From an uncultured delta proteobacterium (lineage in GTDB: Bacteria > Myxococcota_A > Polyangia > Haliangiales > Haliangiaceae): 64,000 nucleotides of DNA. Numbering within the stretch: position 1 is the stretch's first letter; each line of letters starts with the position of its first letter. A program made the position numbers and the translations under genes. The notes under the pieces were generated by a model, which saw only the letters and a program-made list of their open reading frames with translations, was not told where the DNA came from and made no database searches. Positions 1 to 9,486 of this stretch are shown here, one piece after another. Location: assembly GCA_963848295.1 (NCBI GenBank), contig CAWKDB010000002.1, positions 704,001-768,000 on the forward strand, read 5' to 3'.

Positions 1-669
1 ACGCGCATAGATCGATGCCGGTGCGCCGCCGCGCGCGCGAATCTGACCGAGCGCGACCGCATCGGTCGATCCCACGCGCATCCGGTCGCCGCGATAGGTC
101 AGGATATCGAGCTCGACGACATGATCCGAGGTTCGCGGCCCAGGCCCATAGAACTCGGAGAACACCGAGTGAACACCGCACGAGTTGTTGCCCAGCATGC
201 CGCCGAGCGTGCAGCGATCCTTCGTCGAGGGATCCGGCCCGAAGTCGAGCCCTACCGCAGTCGCCGCGTCGCGCAGCGACTTCATCACCGTGCCCGGCCC
301 GACGTGCGCGAACCCACCAGCCCGATCGATCGTCACGTCGGTCAAATGGCGCGAGCAGTCGAGCACGATCGCCTCGTTACAGCTCTGGCCGGCAAGGCTC
401 GTGCCGCCACCCCGCGGCAAGATCGGCGCGCCGTGCTCGCGGCACAGCGCGACCGCTGCGATCAACGCGTCGATCGTGCGCGGGACGACTACACCGATCG
501 GGACCTGGCGATAGTTCGACGAATCGGTCGCGTAGAGCGCTCGCGTGCCGGGATCGAAGCCGAGCTCCGCATCCACGTGCGTCTTCAACGCGCGAGCGAG
601 CGGACTGTCGGCATGATCCGAACGATCCCGACGGATCCGGACGATCTGCGGTGCGGGTTCACGCGGCAA
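1..669 (-). CDS. FAD-linked oxidoreductase (FAD-binding/Fe-S, GlcD/D-lactate dehydrogenase-like), runs off window start
   Basis: Not in ORF track; manual translation gives LGFDPGTRALYATDSSNYRQVP...PRGGGTSLAGQ...GPDPST..RCTLGGMLGNNSCG, a typical FAD_binding_4 N-terminus; probable TTG start at 669 after GAGAGG, overlapping the enolase end. Confidence 0.85.
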   Translation of the reverse strand, partial: MPREPAPQIVRIRRDRSDHADSPLARALKTHVDAELGFDPGTRALYATDSSNYRQVPIGVVVPRTIDALIAAVALCREHGAPILPRGGGTSLAGQSCNEAIVLDCSRHLTDVTIDRAGGFAHVGPGTVMKSLRDAATAVGLDFGPDPSTKDRCTLGGMLGNNSCGVHSVFSEFYGPGPRTSDHVVELDILTYRGDRMRVGSTDAVALGQIRARGGAPASIYAR

Positions 670-1759
670 GCCGGTCCACCTCTCGGGCGCGGAGCCTCAA
701 GCCGAGGCCCACGTGACGCGGCGAGAACGCGATCGCTCCATCGACGACCGGCTCGACCCCGTCGAACACGATCGCTTCCATGCGCGCGTGATCGCGGAAG
801 TACTCGAGGTGCACGAGCTGCGATGCGGCCGCGCCGGCGTGAACGTGAATTGCCGGTGCGCAGTGCGACGACAGAGGTAGCGAATGTGCGGCACACATCG
901 CGTTGGCCTGTACGAACCCCGAGATGCCGAGCGCACGCGTCGAGTCCGCCTGCAGGATGTCGACGGCACCAACATCGAGCATCCGGCGGAAGTACCAACC
1001 GTCGTAGCCGTACTCGCCGGCCGCGATCGCCATGCCAGCAGGAGCGCGATCGCGCAGCAGGCGAAGCCCTTCGAGATCATCCGCCGGCACCGGTTCCTCG
1101 AAGTAGACGACGCCGTGCACCGCGAACTGTTCCGCGAACGCGAGCGCTTGCTTGCGGGTATAGGCGCCGTTGGCGTCGACCATCAGCTCGATGTCGGCAC
1201 CGATCGCAGCTCGAGCGACCCTCACCCGATCGACGTCCAGCTTCGGCTCGCGGCCGACCTTGATCTTGACGCGACGGTGTCCCGCCGCCGCGTAGCTCGC
1301 GAGCTCTTCCGACAGCTGATCCAACGTGGACGAGGTAAAGCCGCCGCTCGCGTAGACCGGCACGGTCGTCCGCGCGCAACCCAACAGACTCGCGAGAGGG
1401 ACCTCCAGCAGTCGCGCTTTGAGATCCCACAGGGCGACATCGACGGCGCTGATCGCACACGCGACGAGCCCCGGACGGCCCTGGTTGCGGGCCACGCGCA
1501 GCATCCCTGCCGTCGCGGTCGGGATCGCGAATCCGTCGACCCCATGGATCGCTGGCGCGAGCAGGTCGCGAACGACCGTCGCGGCCGCCGCATCGATGTA
1601 CGAGTACCCGAGTCCGGTCGCACCAGCTGCATGCAACTCGACGATCACCATCGTCGTCGCGTCCCACACCGCCGTGCCGTCAGATTCGGGGCCATGCTCG
1701 GTGGGCAGCTTGCAGACGCGAACGTCGGCGCGCTCGATCGGTGCGGCCGGGCGCAACAT
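659..1759 (-). CDS. Mandelate racemase/muconate lactonizing enzyme family (enolase superfamily)
   Basis: KIKVG, VDANG, FEEP, AGEY, DILQAD motifs. Confidence 0.9.
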   Translation of the reverse strand: MLRPAAPIERADVRVCKLPTEHGPESDGTAVWDATTMVIVELHAAGATGLGYSYIDAAAATVVRDLLAPAIHGVDGFAIPTATAGMLRVARNQGRPGLVACAISAVDVALWDLKARLLEVPLASLLGCARTTVPVYASGGFTSSTLDQLSEELASYAAAGHRRVKIKVGREPKLDVDRVRVARAAIGADIELMVDANGAYTRKQALAFAEQFAVHGVVYFEEPVPADDLEGLRLLRDRAPAGMAIAAGEYGYDGWYFRRMLDVGAVDILQADSTRALGISGFVQANAMCAAHSLPLSSHCAPAIHVHAGAAASQLVHLEYFRDHARMEAIVFDGVEPVVDGAIAFSPRHVGLGLRLRAREVDRLAA

Positions 1760-3544
1760 CTACTTCGCCGCCAACTTCGCCCAGATCTGCTTGGCCGACT
1801 GCTCGACCATGCGCCAGCGATGCGGATCGCCGTGGAGCACCGCCGACGCGAAGTTCCGTGCTTGTTTGAAATCGATGTGCGGCGGCAATGGCGGCACTTC
1901 CGGATCGGTGTGGCACTCCACGACGACCGGACGATCGGCTGCAAACGCGCGATCGAGAGCCGGCCCGATCGCCTCGGGCGTGCTCACCTCGATCCCGGTC
2001 AGCCCGAGCAGCTCGGCATAGCGGGCGTACGGAAACTTCGGCAGCTTCTGCGCGTCGTCGTACTTGGGATTGCCGACCATCACGCGCTGCTCCCACGTCA
2101 CCATATTGAGGTCGCCGTTGTTGAGGACCACGACGACGAGCCGCGGGTCCTGCCACTCCTTGTAGTGCGCGGCGAGCGTGACCAGCACGCTGTTGCCGAT
2201 CATCTGCATCGCACCATCGCCGATCGCCGCGATCACCGGGCGATCCGGATACGCGAACTTCGCGGCCGCCGCGTATGGCATCGCCGGTCCCATGGTCGCG
2301 AGGTTCCCGGACAGCGACGCCATCATGCCCTTGCGGATCCTGAGATCGCAGGCCCACCACGTCGCGCACGTCCCCGAGTCAGCTGCGAGGATCGCATTGT
2401 CGGGTAAGCGCGGAGACAGGTCCCAGAACACGCGCTGCGGGTTGATCGGCTTGGCCGACAACATCGCGCGCTCCTTCATCAGCGCCCACCAGCTCTCGTT
2501 CCAACCGGCGATGTCATTTCGCCAGCCGCGGTCCGGTTTGCGCTCCAGCAGCGGCAAGAGCGCGCGCAACGTCTGGGCGGAATCACCGTGTAGGCTGACG
2601 TCCATCGGATACCGAAGCGAGAGGTTGCGCGGCGCCAGATCGATCTGAACGCCACGCGCCTCGCCCTCTTTCGGCAGGTACTCGACGTACGGAAAGCTCG
2701 AGCCGACCATCAGCAACGTGTCGCACTTGGCCATCAACTTGTCGCTCGGTTCAGTCCCGAGCAGGCCGATCGATCCGGTCACGAATGGGAGGTCGTCGGG
2801 AACGACGGCCTTGCCGAGCAGCGCTTTCGCGATACCGGCGCCGAGTGCGTCGGCCACTTCGAGCACCTCGGCCGAGGCCTGCAACGCACCCGCACCGACG
2901 AGCATCGCGACCCTCTTTCCGCTGTTCAGGATCGCTGCCGCCGCCTGAAGATCGTACTCGGCGGGAATCACGATGCCGCGGTGATAGCCAATCCCGGATA
3001 GCGTGGTGTTGTGCTCGCGCGGCGGGGCATCCACGCCATCGAGCTCCTGCACGTCGTTCGGGACGATCACGCAGGTCACCGTGCGCTCCGCGTACGCGAT
3101 GCGTACGGCGCGATCGATCATGTGACGCACCGACGCCGGATGCGTGCACGTGTGCACGTAGTGGTGGGCCACATCCTTGAACAGCGTGTTGAGGTCGACC
3201 TCTTGCTGATAGTCGGCCCCCATCGCGGTGCGCGCCGCTTGGCCGACGATCGCGACGACCGGCTGATGATCCAGCTTCGCGTCGTAGAGCCCATTCAAGA
3301 GATGGATCGCCCCCGGACCCGAGGTCGCCATGCAGACGCCGACCTCGCCGGTGAACTTCGCGTGGCCGCACGCCATGAACGCCGCGATCTCTTCGTGACG
3401 CGTCTGAATAAATCGAACGCGACCGTCAGCGCGATCGAGCGCACCGATCAAGCCGTTGATGCCATCGCCCGGATAGCCGTAGATGGTCCGGATGCCCCAG
3501 CTGTAGAACCGCTGAATAATGTGGTCACTCACCGTTTGGGTCAT
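1760..3544 (-). CDS. Thiamine pyrophosphate-requiring enzyme (pyruvate oxidase/acetolactate synthase-like)
   Basis: YGYPGD, RHEE, TSGPG, GDGAMQM...NN TPP motif; ATG 3544 preferred over 3601. Confidence 0.92.
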   Translation of the reverse strand: MTQTVSDHIIQRFYSWGIRTIYGYPGDGINGLIGALDRADGRVRFIQTRHEEIAAFMACGHAKFTGEVGVCMATSGPGAIHLLNGLYDAKLDHQPVVAIVGQAARTAMGADYQQEVDLNTLFKDVAHHYVHTCTHPASVRHMIDRAVRIAYAERTVTCVIVPNDVQELDGVDAPPREHNTTLSGIGYHRGIVIPAEYDLQAAAAILNSGKRVAMLVGAGALQASAEVLEVADALGAGIAKALLGKAVVPDDLPFVTGSIGLLGTEPSDKLMAKCDTLLMVGSSFPYVEYLPKEGEARGVQIDLAPRNLSLRYPMDVSLHGDSAQTLRALLPLLERKPDRGWRNDIAGWNESWWALMKERAMLSAKPINPQRVFWDLSPRLPDNAILAADSGTCATWWACDLRIRKGMMASLSGNLATMGPAMPYAAAAKFAYPDRPVIAAIGDGAMQMIGNSVLVTLAAHYKEWQDPRLVVVVLNNGDLNMVTWEQRVMVGNPKYDDAQKLPKFPYARYAELLGLTGIEVSTPEAIGPALDRAFAADRPVVVECHTDPEVPPLPPHIDFKQARNFASAVLHGDPHRWRMVEQSAKQIWAKLAAK

Positions 3545-3559
3545 GCGGCGCAACGCGAT

Positions 3560-3575
3560 TGCATCGATCGTGCCC
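3560..3575 (-). promoter_or_regulatory. Putative sigma54 promoter for the TPP-enolase-FAD oxidase operon
   Basis: Minus strand GGGCACG-ATCG-ATGCA with GG-N10-GC spacing, 15 nt upstream of ATG 3544. Confidence 0.55.
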
Positions 3576-3688
3576 TCGGGACCTATCGCCAACACGCGCA
3601 TGACGAGCTCGTGATGCGCGCCGAGCGCTCGCAGCGCGTTAACGCTCAGCGCAGGACGTATTCCGGCGCCGGGAGTCCTGCGCGGTAG

Positions 3689-3704
3689 CGGCTTGCTCCG
3701 TGCA
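3689..3704 (+). promoter_or_regulatory. Possible divergent sigma54 promoter for the SDR-ASRT-LMF operon
   Basis: CGGCTTG-CTCC-GTGCA, GG-N10-GC spacing; weaker consensus match. Confidence 0.35.
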
Positions 3705-3757
3705 TTCAGCGGACGATGACTGCATCACACCGCGAACGACGCAGAAAGAGCATAGCC

Positions 3758-4768
3758 ATGAGTCGAGTCATCGTGATCACGGGTGGAACAGCGGGCGTCG
3801 GGCGCGCCACCGCACAACGCTTTGCGATCGAAGGAGCATCGATCGCGATCCTCGCACGCGGGGCAGATGGTCTCGCCGCGACCGTCGCAGACGTCGAACG
3901 CCTCGGCGGCAAGGCGATCGCGATCGCGACCGACGTCGCGCATTGCGAACAGGTCGATGTCGCCGCGGCGCGCGTCGAGCAAGAGCTCGGGCCGATCGAC
4001 GTGTGGGTCAACAATGCGATGACCACGGCAGTCGGGCCGTTCCAGCAAGTGACGCCCGAGGAGTATCAGCGCATCACCGACGTCTGCTATCACGGCTTCG
4101 TGTGGGGAACGCGGGCGGCGCTCGCTCACATGCGACCGCGCAATCGCGGCACGATCATCCAGGTCGGCTCGGCGCTCGCGTATCGATCGATCCCGTTGCA
4201 GTCGGCTTACTGCGGCGCCAAACACGCGATCCACGGCTTCACCGATTCGATTCGCAGTGAGTTGCTACACGACAAGGTCGCGATCGAGATCTGTATGGTG
4301 CAGCTACCGGCGGTCAATACGCCGCAGTTCGGCTGGTGCGTCAACAAGATGGCGAAGACCCCACAACCGGTGCCTCCGATCTTTCAGCCGGAGATCATCG
4401 CGGAGGCTTTGCATCACGTGTCACTCCATCCGCGCCGCGAGATCTACCTCGGTTGGCCCGCGATCAAGGCGATCATCGGCAACGAGCTCGCGCCGGGCTA
4501 TGCGGACCATTATCTCGCGCACCGCGGCTATGATGGTCAGCTCACCGATCAACCGAATCGCCACCCGCCGGCCAATCTCTTCGCACCGGTTCCTGGCGAT
4601 CACGGCGCACATGGGCAATTCGGCAAGCGCGCCCGCTCGCATGATGCCGTCGCCCGGATCGCAACGACGCTCGGCGGCGTCGGGGTGCGCGGCTCCGTTG
4701 CGGCGGCGTTCGCGATCGCGGGCGCGGCGGTCGCGTTCGGAGCTGTCGAGCTCGCCAGGCTGCTATGA
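3758..4768 (+). CDS. SDR family oxidoreductase
   Basis: TGGTAGVG, VNNA, catalytic S...YCGAK. Confidence 0.92.
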   Translation: MSRVIVITGGTAGVGRATAQRFAIEGASIAILARGADGLAATVADVERLGGKAIAIATDVAHCEQVDVAAARVEQELGPIDVWVNNAMTTAVGPFQQVTPEEYQRITDVCYHGFVWGTRAALAHMRPRNRGTIIQVGSALAYRSIPLQSAYCGAKHAIHGFTDSIRSELLHDKVAIEICMVQLPAVNTPQFGWCVNKMAKTPQPVPPIFQPEIIAEALHHVSLHPRREIYLGWPAIKAIIGNELAPGYADHYLAHRGYDGQLTDQPNRHPPANLFAPVPGDHGAHGQFGKRARSHDAVARIATTLGGVGVRGSVAAAFAIAGAAVAFGAVELARLL

Positions 4769-5142
4769 CCGGTGCGATCGGACGCAAGCGCTGGGCGATC
4801 GCCGAGGGCTACATCCCCGGCTGGAGCAACGGCGAACCTCATCTATTCACGAGTCACGAGGCGGCGTGCCTGCTCAATGCCTCGGACGAAGACGCACACG
4901 TTCGGATCACGTTGTACTTCAGCGACCGAGAGCCGATCGGACCGTACGAGATCACGGTCGGGGCGCGACGGACCCTGCACGTGCGATTCAACGATCTCGA
5001 GGAGCCACAGCCGATCCCACTCGCAACCGACTATTCGAGCGTGATCGAGTCCGACGTTCCGATCGTGGTTCAACACACTCGGTTAGATTCGCGGCAGGCA
5101 GAGAACGCGCTGCTGACTACGATCGCGTATCCGATCGACTAG
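4765..5142 (+). CDS. Anabaena sensory rhodopsin transducer (ASRT)-like protein
   Basis: GRKRWAIAEGYIP, SHEAACLLN, ARRTLHVRFNDL, ESDVPIVVQHTRLDSRQ; ATGA overlap with SDR. Confidence 0.88.
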   Translation: MTGAIGRKRWAIAEGYIPGWSNGEPHLFTSHEAACLLNASDEDAHVRITLYFSDREPIGPYEITVGARRTLHVRFNDLEEPQPIPLATDYSSVIESDVPIVVQHTRLDSRQAENALLTTIAYPID

Positions 5143-5148
5143 GTGATC

Positions 5149-7026
5149 ATGAGCGTCGACGACCTTCCCCTGCGCACCGCGCATCCGCCGGCCGCTCGCC
5201 CGGTGCTGGTGTGGGACGGCGCGTGTGGGTTTTGCCGGCGCGCGGTCGATCGAATCGTCTACCGCGTCGGGGATCGCATCGAGACCGCGCCGTATCAGGA
5301 CGCGGCCGATCGATTCCCCGACGTGCCGCGCGAGCGCTTCCACCAGGCCGTTCACCTGATCGACACCGATGGACGCGTGCACATCGGCGCCGACGCGATC
5401 TGGTCCGCTTTCGCGCTTGGTCCTGGCGGCGGACTGGGCCGCTGGTGCTACGTCAAGCTCCCCGGATTCGCCGCGGCGAGCGAGCTCGGCTATCGATTCG
5501 TGGCGAGCCATCGCTCGTTGATGTCGCGCGTGACCCGCTGGTTCATCGGCCCCGACCTGCTGCCTCGGCAATTCCGGCTCACCCGGTGGGTCTATCTCCG
5601 ACTGCTCGCGCTCGCCGCGCTGTGCGCGTTCGTGTCGCTCTACGTCCAGATGGATGGGTTGTTCTCGTCGCACGGGATCTCGCCGGCGGCTGACTTCATG
5701 AGCTCGTTGCGCTCCTACGCCGACGGGCACGATTGGGGAGCGCTGCGCCGGTTCGCCGAGGTGCCGACGCTCGGCTGGATGTCGGCGTCCGACGGCGCGC
5801 TTCACGCCTACGCGATCGCAGGCATCGTCGCATCCGTGTTGTTGTTGTTCGACGTCGCGGCGGGATGGATGGTCGCGGCGCTGTGGCTGCTGTACCTGTC
5901 GCTCGTCAACATCAGCGGCACCTTCTTCCAGTTCCAGTGGGACACCTTGCTGCTCGAGGCCTTGTTCGTGTCGATGTTCGTCGCGCCGTGGCGGCTCCGG
6001 CCCGCGTTGCGTGGTGACCGCGAGCCGTCGCTCGCCGGCGTCTGGCTGGTCCGCTTGCTGCTGTTCAAGCTCATGTTCCTGTCCGGTGCGGTCAAGCTGA
6101 TGGCCCACGGCGACACGTGGACGTCGCTGTCGGCGCTCGACGTCCACTTCTTCACCCAGCCGCTTCCCACCTGGACCGCGTACTACGCACACTTCGCCCC
6201 GCACTGGGTTCACGCGATCGCGCTGCTCGTCACGTTCGCGATCGAGCTCGCGATGCCGTGGCTCGTGTTCGGCCCGCGGCGCGCGCGCCTCGCGTTCGGA
6301 TTCTCCGCGATGTTCCTGATGCTGATGATCGGGCTCACCGGGAACTACGGGTTCTTCAACCTGCTCGCGTTTTCGATCGCCGTGATGTGCCTGGACGACA
6401 CGCTGCTCCGCCGTTTCGTGCCGCGGCGGCTGCGCGCTCGAATCCCCGACCCGACGGTGCCGCCGGCGCGGGTTCGGCCTCGGTGGCAGCGCCGCGCGTC
6501 GTGGGTCGCAGCTTCGATGATCCTCGTGCTGAGCGCGCAGCAGATGCTCTTCCGCGTCGACCGCAAGAGCGAGCTCGGCCGATCGGTGTCCGACGTGACC
6601 TCGCCGTTCCTGTCGAACAACAGCTACGGCTTGTTTCAGGACATGACCACGAGCCGCCCGGAGATCATCATCGAAGGCAGCCGCGACGGCACGACGTGGC
6701 AGGCGTACGAGTTCAAGTACAAGCCCGGCGATCTCGATCGACGGCCGCGGTTCACGGGGCCGTTCATGCCGCGGCTCGACTGGCAGATGTGGTTCGCGGC
6801 GCTCGAGGGCTGCGAGGCCTCCGGCTGGTTCCAGTCGTTCGTGGCCAAGCTGTTCGAGGCGGAGCCCGACGTCCGCGCCCTCCTCGCGCGCGACCCGTTC
6901 GGCGCCGACCCTCCGCGCTACATTCGTACGACGCTTTACGACTACACGTTCGCCGACCCGGACGCGCACGGCTGGTGGACGCGCTCCAACCCGCGTCCGT
7001 TCTGCCCGGTCTATCGTCGCGAGTGA
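5149..7026 (+). CDS. Lipase maturation factor family membrane protein with N-terminal DCC1/DUF393 thiol-disulfide domain
   Basis: WDGACGFC at N-terminus; FQWDTLLLE, TQPLP, TGNYGFFN, PRLDWQMWF. Confidence 0.9.
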   Translation: MSVDDLPLRTAHPPAARPVLVWDGACGFCRRAVDRIVYRVGDRIETAPYQDAADRFPDVPRERFHQAVHLIDTDGRVHIGADAIWSAFALGPGGGLGRWCYVKLPGFAAASELGYRFVASHRSLMSRVTRWFIGPDLLPRQFRLTRWVYLRLLALAALCAFVSLYVQMDGLFSSHGISPAADFMSSLRSYADGHDWGALRRFAEVPTLGWMSASDGALHAYAIAGIVASVLLLFDVAAGWMVAALWLLYLSLVNISGTFFQFQWDTLLLEALFVSMFVAPWRLRPALRGDREPSLAGVWLVRLLLFKLMFLSGAVKLMAHGDTWTSLSALDVHFFTQPLPTWTAYYAHFAPHWVHAIALLVTFAIELAMPWLVFGPRRARLAFGFSAMFLMLMIGLTGNYGFFNLLAFSIAVMCLDDTLLRRFVPRRLRARIPDPTVPPARVRPRWQRRASWVAASMILVLSAQQMLFRVDRKSELGRSVSDVTSPFLSNNSYGLFQDMTTSRPEIIIEGSRDGTTWQAYEFKYKPGDLDRRPRFTGPFMPRLDWQMWFAALEGCEASGWFQSFVAKLFEAEPDVRALLARDPFGADPPRYIRTTLYDYTFADPDAHGWWTRSNPRPFCPVYRRE

Positions 7027-7029
7027 TGA

Positions 7030-7458
7030 GATGGTCTGGCATTCGCCGCCGCGTGTGCCGCGATCGCGGGCGACCTCGACCTCGCGCGCGCGACGATCGG
7101 AAAGACCGACGATCCGAGGTATGCGGTCTGGCCGACGTTCGAGCGCGCTCACACGCTGGCGGATCGCCGCAACGACGACCCCGCGATCGCCGCGATCATG
7201 CGACTAGTCCTCGAGTTCTGGCCCGAAAACTTCATGGCTAACTATCATGCGGGCATCACCGAGTTCATCCAGCGCGATCCGCGGGCACGAGATCACCTGC
7301 GTGCGTTCCGCCGGCTGTACACCAAGCAGGATGGCTTCGCCACGACGGGGCGGGCTCTGCTCGACGAGCTCGATCACCCCGGAGATCCGAAATGCTCGCG
7401 CGTGGTCGCGATCGACCCGGAGGGTCATCGCATCCATCCCCCCGGATGCGCGCCTTGA
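7030..7458 (+). pseudogene. Probable 3' remnant of a helical/TPR-like protein gene (or short hypothetical from ATG 7198)
   Basis: Frame open with coding-like codon usage from 7030 but no canonical start until 7198. Confidence 0.4.
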
Positions 7459-7479
7459 CGATAGGTGATACGGCAACGC

Positions 7480-8370
7480 ATGGACCGCCTCGAAGATCAC
7501 CTCGACAAGCTGCCCGCGTTCCTGGAGACCGTGCGGGCGCGCTCGATCCGCGGCGCGGCCAGGGCGCTCGGCCGGAGTCAGCCGGCGGTGTCTCGCACCC
7601 TCCGGCTGCTCGAGGACGCAGCCGGCGCGCGGCTGTTCGTGCGCGACTCCTCCGGCATCAAGCTCACCGCGACCGGCCAGCGGCTGTTCGAGTTCGCGGA
7701 TCACGTGCGCTCGGGGCTCGCGCAGTTTCGCGCGGAGGCGAGTCCGGACAAGAAGATCCGCCAGCAGGTCTCGTTCGGGACCTACGAGAGCATCGCGGTC
7801 TACTTCCTGCCCGGGTTCCTGCGCTACGCCGCCGACGTCCAGAACCATCTCGAGATCTCGCTGTTCACCGCGCCGAGCGCGGAGCTGTTCGACGCGCTGT
7901 TGCGCAGCCGCGTCGATCTGATCCTGAGCGTCAACCCACCGGTGCATCGCAGCGTGCGCTCGACCGTGCTGTTTGGCGACGAGTACCGGCTCTACCGCGA
8001 GCCGTCGTTGACGGTCTCGCCCCGCACTCCGCTGCTCGTGTTCGAGGACGCCGCCGATGCGAAGGGCAAGACCGTGGCGAGCCACGTCCGATCGTCCCGC
8101 CACGCCCGCCGCCGCAAGTTCACGTGCGCGAGCTTCGAGGTGGTCGCGGCGCTCACCGCGGCCGGGCTCGGGCTTGGCATCCTGCCGTCGCGAGTCGCCC
8201 AGCGTTCGATCTCGGGCCGCGAGCTCGTCGAGGTCGACGGTGCCGGCACCCCGTGGCGGTTCGGCAAGCACCCGATCGCGGTGTCTTACCTGAGGCATCG
8301 ACTCGGCGATCCGGCGGTGCTGTGGATCCAGCGCGTGCTCGAGCAGTTCGAGGCCGCGAAGCTGTTGTAA
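7480..8370 (+). CDS. LysR family transcriptional regulator
   Basis: HTH SIRGAARALGRSQPAVSRTLRLLE...LFVR...LTATG plus effector domain. Confidence 0.93.
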   Translation: MDRLEDHLDKLPAFLETVRARSIRGAARALGRSQPAVSRTLRLLEDAAGARLFVRDSSGIKLTATGQRLFEFADHVRSGLAQFRAEASPDKKIRQQVSFGTYESIAVYFLPGFLRYAADVQNHLEISLFTAPSAELFDALLRSRVDLILSVNPPVHRSVRSTVLFGDEYRLYREPSLTVSPRTPLLVFEDAADAKGKTVASHVRSSRHARRRKFTCASFEVVAALTAAGLGLGILPSRVAQRSISGRELVEVDGAGTPWRFGKHPIAVSYLRHRLGDPAVLWIQRVLEQFEAAKLL

Positions 8371-8513
8371 GGCGGTGATAACGGCGAGGGAGATCGCCTC
8401 GATCACGTGTCGCAGGCGCGGCCGACGCCGCCCGGTCGCGATCGCAACACCGTCGAGCAATGCCGTCGGCACCACGACGAATGCGGTTCGCCGAGCGAGG
8501 CGGCGCCGCCTCA

Positions 8514-8530
8514 TATCCACTTTTTGGATA
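8514..8530. promoter_or_regulatory. LysR-type T-N11-A operator
   Basis: Perfect inverted repeat TATCCA-N5-TGGATA in an AT-rich patch about 75 nt upstream of ATG 8603; SD AGGAGG at 8591-8596. Confidence 0.65.
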
Positions 8531-8602
8531 CCCATATATAGATTTTGTGTCTAGTCGGAACGCGTCGGCCTCGCTAAGCAACCCGTCCATAGGAGGTACT
8601 TC

Positions 8603-9478
8603 ATGCTTCGACTCATCAAATTCGCACTCGCGTCCTCGATCTTGCTCCCCGCCTGCACCGACAGCGGCTCCTCGCAGATGCCCGTCACGGTCTCGGCCTC
8701 GACGCTGCCCATGCTCGGCTCCGGCTACGTCTACGAAGGTTGGTTCATCACGACCGACGGTCCGCAATCGACCGGGCGGTTCACGGTGGATGCTTCGGGC
8801 ACGCCGACCCCAGCCTCGGCGATGGTGGCGACCTCGATCGTCGACGCCGCGACCGCCTCGGTGATCACGATCGAGCCCGCGGTCAACGACGACCCAGCGC
8901 CATCGCAGACGCACATCGTCGGCGGCGACGTCACGGACGGCGCCGCAGATCTCACGGTCGCGTACAGCGCGGCGCTCGGCACGGACTTCAGCGCGGCCGC
9001 GGGCACGTACGTGCTGGCCACGCCATCGACCGCCACCAATACCGCCGACAACGATCAGGGCATCTGGTGGCTGGTGCCGCCGCAGACCGACGGCGGATCG
9101 CCGACACCCGGCCTGACCTTGCCCACGCTGCCGACCGGTTGGATGTACGAGGGCTGGGTGGCGAGCTCGACCGGGCCGGTGTCGACCGGCAAGTTCACCT
9201 CGGTTAGCGGAGCGGACGCCGACGGAGCGGGCCCGACCGCCGGCACCGACGCGCCACCGCCGTTCCCCGGCCAGGACTTCATCAACCCGGCCATGGTGCT
9301 CACCTCCGGGTTCAAGGCGGTGATCACGGTCGAGCCGGATCCGGACGACGCGCCGACGCCGTTCGCGATCAAGCCGCTGATCGCGAACCCGATCGGTACG
9401 ATGACCGCCCCGACCTCGTTGCCGATGACCGGTCAAGGCGGCCAGGGCCTCCCAACCGCACACATCGCGGCGGGCTGA
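8603..9478 (+). CDS. Lipoprotein with duplicated YEGW...STG(R/K)F domain (often labelled anti-sigma/RskA-like)
   Basis: Lipobox LPAC; two repeats LPxL..G..YEGW.....GP.STG.F and VIT.EP...D..P. Confidence 0.7.
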   Translation: MLRLIKFALASSILLPACTDSGSSQMPVTVSASTLPMLGSGYVYEGWFITTDGPQSTGRFTVDASGTPTPASAMVATSIVDAATASVITIEPAVNDDPAPSQTHIVGGDVTDGAADLTVAYSAALGTDFSAAAGTYVLATPSTATNTADNDQGIWWLVPPQTDGGSPTPGLTLPTLPTGWMYEGWVASSTGPVSTGKFTSVSGADADGAGPTAGTDAPPPFPGQDFINPAMVLTSGFKAVITVEPDPDDAPTPFAIKPLIANPIGTMTAPTSLPMTGQGGQGLPTAHIAAG

Positions 9479-9486
9479 AGCGCAGC

